A stretch of 64,000 bases of DNA from an uncultured Actinomycetota bacterium (lineage in GTDB: Bacteria > Actinomycetota > Actinomycetes > Propionibacteriales > Nocardioidaceae), in NCBI GenBank assembly GCA_963841625.1, contig CAWJDH010000007.1, positions 104,834 through 168,833 of the forward strand, written 5' to 3'. The notes below the pieces were generated by a model. That model saw only the letters and a list, made by a program, of their open reading frames with translations, made no database searches and was not told the origin of the DNA. Made by a program: the position numbers and the translations under genes. Shown here one piece after another: positions 58,906 through 64,000 of this stretch; the first letter of the stretch is position 1, and every line of letters starts with the position of its first letter.

Positions 58906-60214
58906 GGGTTCCTCCGTTCGCGGCGGCCTGCGCAGCCGTCGGCAGGGCGTCGAGCACCGTCTGCAGGGCGCGGTCGTCGTGGGCGGCGGAGAGGAACCAC
59001 GCCTCGTACGCCGATGGTGGCAGGTGGACGCCCGCGTCGAGCATGGCGTGGAAGAACGCCGCGAAAGCCGCGACGTCCTGGCCGGAGGCGTCGTCGAAGT
59101 CACGCACCGGCCGGTCGGTGAAGAAGACCGAGAACATCGTGCCGTTCGACTGGACGACGTGCGGCACCCCAGCCGCGGTCAGCGCCTCCGCGACCGCGGC
59201 CTTGACCGTGTCGCCGGCGCTCGTGAGGTGGGCGTAGACGTCGTCGGTGGCGAGCCGAAGGGTGGTCAGCCCGGCCGTGGTGGCCACCGGGTTCCCCGAC
59301 AGGGTCCCGGCCTGGTAGACCGGCCCCTCCGGGGCGAGCCAGGACATCACGTCGGCCCGACCGCCGAACGCCGCCGCCGGGAAGCCGCCTCCGATCACCT
59401 TGCCGAAGGTGACCAGATCCGGCTGCCAGCCTTCGACCGCGCCGTCGAGCCCCCACTGGCCGCGCGCGGAGGCCCGGAAGCCGGTCATCACCTCGTCGCT
59501 GACGAAGAGGGCGCCGTGCCGTGCGCAGGTCTCGGCAAGGAACGCGTTGAACCCGGCCTCCGGCGGGATCACCCCCATGTTGCCCGGCGCCGCCTCGGTG
59601 ATGAGGCAGGCGATCCGTTCGCCGTGCTCGTCGAACACCTTCTCGACCGCGGCCCGGTCGTGGTAGGGCAGCACGAGGGTCAACGCTGTCGCGGCCTCCG
59701 GGACGCCGGGGGTGCCGGGTACGCCGAACGTGGCCAGACCCGACCCGGCCGAGGCCAGCAGCGCGTCGACGTGGCCGTGGTAGCAGCCGGCGAACTTCAC
59801 GACGAGGTCCCGCCCGGTGAACCCGCGGGCCAGCCTGATCGCGGACATGGTCGCCTCGGTGCCCGACGAGACGAAGCGGATCCGCTCGACCGGGGTCCGG
59901 GCCACGATCTCCTCGGCGAGCTCGACCTCGGGCGTGGTCGGGGCGCCGTACGACGTGCCCCGGGACACCGCCTCGGAGACGGCGGCGAGGACCTCGGGGT
60001 GGGCGTGCCCGAGCAGCATCGGCCCCCAGGAGCCGATCAGGTCGACGTAGTCGTTGCCGTCCACGTCGGTCAGCCACGCGCCCCGGGCGGACCGGATGAA
60101 CCGGGGGGTCCCGCCCACCGCGTCGAACGCGCGGACCGGGGAGTTGACCCCACCCGGCGTCACGGCGCGGGCGCGGTCGAACCAGGCGGTGGAAGAGGGG
60201 TGGTCGGGCGGCAC
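58895..60214 (-). CDS. hemL: Glutamate-1-semialdehyde 2,1-aminomutase
   Basis: [53 protein letters not shown]. Confidence 0.95.
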   Translation of the reverse strand: MPPDHPSSTAWFDRARAVTPGGVNSPVRAFDAVGGTPRFIRSARGAWLTDVDGNDYVDLIGSWGPMLLGHAHPEVLAAVSEAVSRGTSYGAPTTPEVELAEEIVARTPVERIRFVSSGTEATMSAIRLARGFTGRDLVVKFAGCYHGHVDALLASAGSGLATFGVPGTPGVPEAATALTLVLPYHDRAAVEKVFDEHGERIACLITEAAPGNMGVIPPEAGFNAFLAETCARHGALFVSDEVMTGFRASARGQWGLDGAVEGWQPDLVTFGKVIGGGFPAAAFGGRADVMSWLAPEGPVYQAGTLSGNPVATTAGLTTLRLATDDVYAHLTSAGDTVKAAVAEALTAAGVPHVVQSNGTMFSVFFTDRPVRDFDDASGQDVAAFAAFFHAMLDAGVHLPPSAYEAWFLSAAHDDRALQTVLDALPTAAQAAANGGTHER

Positions 60215-60355
60215 CGGGTCATTCTCCCTGACCGCACCAGCCCCGCGGGTGGCAGGTCCTACCTCGGACCGCTGGATGGTCCAGACAATTTTGCCCGGGA
60301 AGCGTTTTACGTTCGTGACCTGCGGGAATGGTTCGATACATGCCTCACGGATCAC

Positions 60356-60410
60356 TGGGACGTCGATCACAGTCGGGAGCTTGACGTAACTAGGCGTGAC
60401 AACATTCGTT
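60356..60410 (+). promoter_or_regulatory. Candidate CRP-like site and ECF-type promoter upstream of the lytic transglycosylase
   Basis: TGGGA-N6-TCACA (60356-60371; 1 mismatch to TGTGA-N6-TCACA); GTAAC-N16-CGTT (60386-60410). Confidence 0.35.
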
Positions 60411-60474
60411 GGATCAGTGTCGGTGTCCGAGGGAAGCGTCCACCGGTAGAGTCGATCGAGGGAGAGAGCCAGAT

Positions 60475-61674
60475 ATGTCCGCACCGAAGTTCGGCCGATT
60501 GCAGAAGGCGTCCGCGCTGTTGCCGCTGGCGCTGCTCTCGACCGCCTGGACGGCGAGCCTCGCCGGCGCCGGTGCGAGCACTGCGGCAGCGCAGGACGAC
60601 TCCCGCACCCTCCCCGACGGCACCAGCATCCCGACCCAGGCCATCGAGGCCCCGGCCAGCGTCTCCAAGCCCGGCGTGACGGCCCCCGGCATCAATGGCA
60701 ACGCCAAGACCATCGTGGCCAACGCCTCCACCATGGGTATCCCCGCCGCCGCCCTCGCGGCCTACCAGCGGGCCGAGACCGTGATCAACACCGCCGACAA
60801 GTCCTGCAACATCTCCTGGCAGCTGATCGCCGCCATCGGCCGGGTCGAGTCCGACCACGGCCGGGTCAACGGCAACACCCTCAACTCCAAGGGCCTGGCC
60901 ACCCCGGGCATCTTCGGGATCGCGCTCGACGGGTCCAACAACACCACGCGCATCGCGGACTCCGACGCCGGGCTCTACGACTCCGACTCGAAGTTCGACC
61001 GAGCGGTTGGCCCGATGCAGTTCATCCCGTCCACGTGGCGGGTCGTGGGCGTCGACGCCGACGGCGACGCCGAGCGCAACCCGCAGGACATCGACGACGC
61101 GGCCCTGGCCACCGCCGTCTACCTGTGCTCCGGCGACGACGACCTCTCCACCGGGGCGGGCCAGCGCGCTGCGGTCTTCCGCTACAACCACAGCCAGTCC
61201 TACGTCGACCTCGTGCTGTCGATCATGAACGCCTACGCCTCCGGCGACTTCACCTCGGTGCCCAACGGCACCACCTCCGCCGGCTACTTCGTCCCCGACC
61301 CGACCCCGCCGGCCGCCCCGGCCAAGAAGGGCCCCAAGCAGTCCGGACCCGCGGGTGGCGGCGGCGGACCCGCCACGGCACCGGTCAGCAACAACACCGG
61401 CGGCGGCGCACCCATGGTGGCGGGTCCACCACCGGTGGCACCGGTGGCGGCACCACCGAGCCGGCCGAGACCCCCGGTCCAGCCCCCGAGTGGTGGCGAC
61501 GGCCCCAACCTGCCGGCTCCCACCGTCTCCCGCAGCCGGCCCAGCGAAGACCCGGTCGGCAACGTCCTGACGCATGCCGAGGCGCTCCAGCAGTGCATCA
61601 ACGCGGGCGTGATCGACGACCCGCTGACGAGCGTCAACGAGCTCACGCAGTGCGTGAACGCCAAGCTCAACTGA
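60475..61674 (+). CDS. Secreted lytic murein transglycosylase with a Pro/Gly-rich tail
   Basis: Signal peptide; [43 protein letters not shown]. Confidence 0.9.
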   Translation: MSAPKFGRLQKASALLPLALLSTAWTASLAGAGASTAAAQDDSRTLPDGTSIPTQAIEAPASVSKPGVTAPGINGNAKTIVANASTMGIPAAALAAYQRAETVINTADKSCNISWQLIAAIGRVESDHGRVNGNTLNSKGLATPGIFGIALDGSNNTTRIADSDAGLYDSDSKFDRAVGPMQFIPSTWRVVGVDADGDAERNPQDIDDAALATAVYLCSGDDDLSTGAGQRAAVFRYNHSQSYVDLVLSIMNAYASGDFTSVPNGTTSAGYFVPDPTPPAAPAKKGPKQSGPAGGGGGPATAPVSNNTGGGAPMVAGPPPVAPVAAPPSRPRPPVQPPSGGDGPNLPAPTVSRSRPSEDPVGNVLTHAEALQQCINAGVIDDPLTSVNELTQCVNAKLN

Positions 61675-61688
61675 CCTAGCCGCTTCAT

Positions 61689-61723
61689 CGCTGACCCGCC
61701 CGAAAGTTTCGGGCGGGTCAGCG
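61689..61723. terminator. Hairpin between the convergent transglycosylase and hemB
   Basis: CGCTGACCCGCCCGAAA-G-TTTCGGGCGGGTCAGCG perfect IR. Confidence 0.8.
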
Positions 61724-61734
61724 CATTTGCGGGG

Positions 61735-62730
61735 TCATCGACTGAGGAGGCGGGCGGCCTCGGTGGCCCAGTAGGTCAGGATCACGTCCGCGCCGGCCCG
61801 GCGGATCGAGGTGAGCGACTCGAGGATCGCCGGCTCCCGGTCGACCCAGCCCTTGGCCGCGGCCGCTTCGACCATGGCGTACTCACCGGAGACGTTGTAG
61901 GCCGCGACCGGAACCTCGACCGCGTCGCGGACCCTTCGGAGCACGTCGAGGTAGCCCAGCGCCGGCTTCACCATCACGATGTCGGCGCCCTGCTCGACGT
62001 CGAGCAGTGCCTCCCGGACGCCCTCGCGGGCGTTGGCGGGATCCTGCTGGTAGGTCCGCCGGTCGCCACGGAGCGAGGAGGCCACGGCTTCCCGGAAGGG
62101 GCCGTAGAACGCGGAGGCGTACTTCGCTGAGTAGGCGAGGATCGAGACCTCGGTGTGACGGTCGCGGTCCAGGGCAGAGCGGATCACCGCGACCTGGCCG
62201 TCCATCATCCCGCTGGGGGCGACCATGTCGACGCCGGCGTCGGCCTGGGCGAGAGCCATCGCGGCGTACGCCTCGAGCGTCCGGTCGTTGTCGACCCGCC
62301 CGTCGGGGGTGAGGATGCCGCAGTGGCCGTGGTCGGTGAACTCGTCGAGGCACAGGTCGCTCATCACCGTCAGCGCGTCACCGACCTCGGCGACCACGTC
62401 GTTGAGGCTGCGGTTGAGGATCCCCGAGGGATCGCTCGCGCCGGACCCGGTGGCGTCCTTCTCGACCGGGATACCGAACAGCATCACGCCACCGAGACCC
62501 AGCTCGGCCGCCTCGGTCACGGCCTTCAGGAGGGTGGACCGGGTGTGCTGGACGACACCGGGCATCGAGGTGATCGGGACGGGCGCGTCGATGCCCTCGC
62601 GGACGAACACCGGCAGCACGAGCTGACCGGGCTGTACCGCGGTCTCGGCCACCATCCGGCGCATGGCCGGCGTGGTGCGGAGACGACGGGGCCGGACGAT
62701 GGGCGGCGTGACGTTCTTGTCCTCGTTCAC
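61735..62730 (-). CDS. hemB: Porphobilinogen synthase (Zn-type)
   Basis: [54 protein letters not shown]. Confidence 0.95.
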   Translation of the reverse strand: MNEDKNVTPPIVRPRRLRTTPAMRRMVAETAVQPGQLVLPVFVREGIDAPVPITSMPGVVQHTRSTLLKAVTEAAELGLGGVMLFGIPVEKDATGSGASDPSGILNRSLNDVVAEVGDALTVMSDLCLDEFTDHGHCGILTPDGRVDNDRTLEAYAAMALAQADAGVDMVAPSGMMDGQVAVIRSALDRDRHTEVSILAYSAKYASAFYGPFREAVASSLRGDRRTYQQDPANAREGVREALLDVEQGADIVMVKPALGYLDVLRRVRDAVEVPVAAYNVSGEYAMVEAAAAKGWVDREPAILESLTSIRRAGADVILTYWATEAARLLSR

Positions 62731-62785
62731 GCTGCACATTGTGCCGTGGCCGGGTTTGTGGTTGCGATCTGCTGTCGACTTGCGC

Positions 62786-62840
62786 GGTTTCGACACGGCC
62801 GTCGCTGGTTCAGGGTTTCGACAGCGGGCCTGCTCAACCT
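62786..62840. repeat. REP-like sequence
   Basis: Two copies of GGTTTCGACA (62786-62795, 62814-62823) followed by GCTCAACC, a repeat style I recognise from actinobacterial intergenic DNA. Confidence 0.5.
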
Positions 62841-62887
62841 CCTCGCTCAGACCACAACCGCGCTCCGCGCGGTCGAGGTCGCCAGGA

Positions 62888-64000
62888 TCACTCCGCTCGG
62901 ATCTTCCGGCGCCCGGAGGGCTTGCGCTCCGAGGGCCTGGTGACCGGCTGGCCGGCGTCCAGCATCGCGACCCGTCGCGCGGCGCCGAAGTCGGCGAGCG
63001 CGTCGACGAGCACCTCGACGTCGGGCTTCGGCGACAGCACGTCGACCCGCAGACCGTGCTCCTCGGCGGTCTTGGCGGTAGCCGGACCGATCACCGCGAT
63101 CACTGTGGACGGGTGCGGCTTCCCGGCGATCCCGACCAGGTTGCGCACGGTCGACGACGAGGTGAAGACCACGGCGTCGAACTTGCCGGTCTTGATCGCA
63201 TCGCGCGTCGGCGCGGGCGGCGGTGCGGCTCGCACGGTGCGGTAGGCCGTGACGTCGTCGCACTCCCAGCCCAGGTCGATCAGGCCCGCCACGAGGTTCT
63301 CGGTGGCGATGTCGGCCCGGGGCAGGAACACCCGGTTGATCGGGTCGAGCACGTCGTCGTACGGCGGCCAGTCGGCCAGCAGCCCGGCCGCGGACTGCTC
63401 TCCGGACGGAACCAGGTCGGCGCGCAGGCCCCAGGCCGCGATCGCCTGGGCGGTCTTGTCACCGACGGCTGCGATCTTGAGGCCGGAGAAGGCCCGGGCG
63501 TCGAGGCCGTACTCCTCGAACTTCTCGCGGACGGCCTTGACCGCGTTGACCGAGGTGAACGCGATCCACTCGTAACGTCCCTCGACGAGGCCGCGCACGG
63601 CCTTGTCCATCTGCAGCGGGTTGCGCGGGGGCTCGACGGAGATCGTGGGGACCTCGTCGGGCACGGCGCCGTACTCGCGCAGGCGGGCGGTCAGCGAACC
63701 GGCCTGCTCCTTGGTGCGCGGCACCAGGACCCGCCAGCCGAACAGCGGCTTGGTCTCGAACCAGGAGAGCGCCTCGCGCAGGTTGACGACGTCCCCGACC
63801 ACGGTGACCGCGGGGGGCGCCATCCGGGCGGCACGGGCATCGGCCGCAATGTTCTCGAGGGTCGAGGTCACGGTGCTCTGGGACGTGGTGGTGCCGACCC
63901 GGGTCATGGCGACCGGGGTCTCCGGGTCGCGGCCGGCATCGATCAGGCCGCGCGCGTTCTCGGCGATCGAGCCCACGCCGGAGAGCAGGACGAGCGTCGG
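62888..64000 (-). CDS. hemD: Uroporphyrinogen-III synthase fused to a methyltransferase-like domain (5' partial)
   Basis: [48 protein letters not shown]; the frame runs off the window. Confidence 0.9.
   Translation of the reverse strand, partial: PTLVLLSGVGSIAENARGLIDAGRDPETPVAMTRVGTTTSQSTVTSTLENIAADARAARMAPPAVTVVGDVVNLREALSWFETKPLFGWRVLVPRTKEQAGSLTARLREYGAVPDEVPTISVEPPRNPLQMDKAVRGLVEGRYEWIAFTSVNAVKAVREKFEEYGLDARAFSGLKIAAVGDKTAQAIAAWGLRADLVPSGEQSAAGLLADWPPYDDVLDPINRVFLPRADIATENLVAGLIDLGWECDDVTAYRTVRAAPPPAPTRDAIKTGKFDAVVFTSSSTVRNLVGIAGKPHPSTVIAVIGPATAKTAEEHGLRVDVLSPKPDVEVLVDALADFGAARRVAMLDAGQPVTRPSERKPSGRRKIRAE

Noticed and set aside
5960-60679. Many long antisense or alternate-frame ORFs in the track (e.g. 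22451-24931+, 55352-58321+, 53451-55466+, 17633-19273+)
   Set aside because: Shadow ORFs of high-GC coding DNA that overlap well-supported genes and contain no motifs

Overview
High-GC actinobacterial chromosome segment; gene content, gene order and repeat style resemble Nocardioides/Propionibacteriales (inference). The backbone is a conserved respiratory supercluster: hemD-like/hemB/hemL, system II cytochrome c maturation (resA-ccdA-resB-ccsB), menaquinone genes (menA, E, C, D, F, G, polyprenyl synthase), the complete nuoA-N operon with a Rex box, korAB and a sulfate ABC transporter. Accessory genes are interleaved. The most notable items are: (1) an SDR + divergent QueA-like operon behind a SoxR-type operator/19-bp-spacer promoter; (2) a two-domain, strongly ceruloplasmin-like multicopper oxidase downstream of a two-component system whose kinase has an atypical H-box; (3) a 53-bp MIRU-like mini-ORF element inside the nuo operon; (4) a KstR-type box before korAB; (5) an orphan 12-bp palindromic operator over the start of a flavin monooxygenase. 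Several genes, mainly at 33.6-39.4 kb, have single-base frameshifts that look like assembly indel errors, so fusion and pseudogene calls are provisional. No rRNA, tRNA, CRISPR array, transposase or prophage was seen. All calls come from motif recognition by eye; no searches were run.
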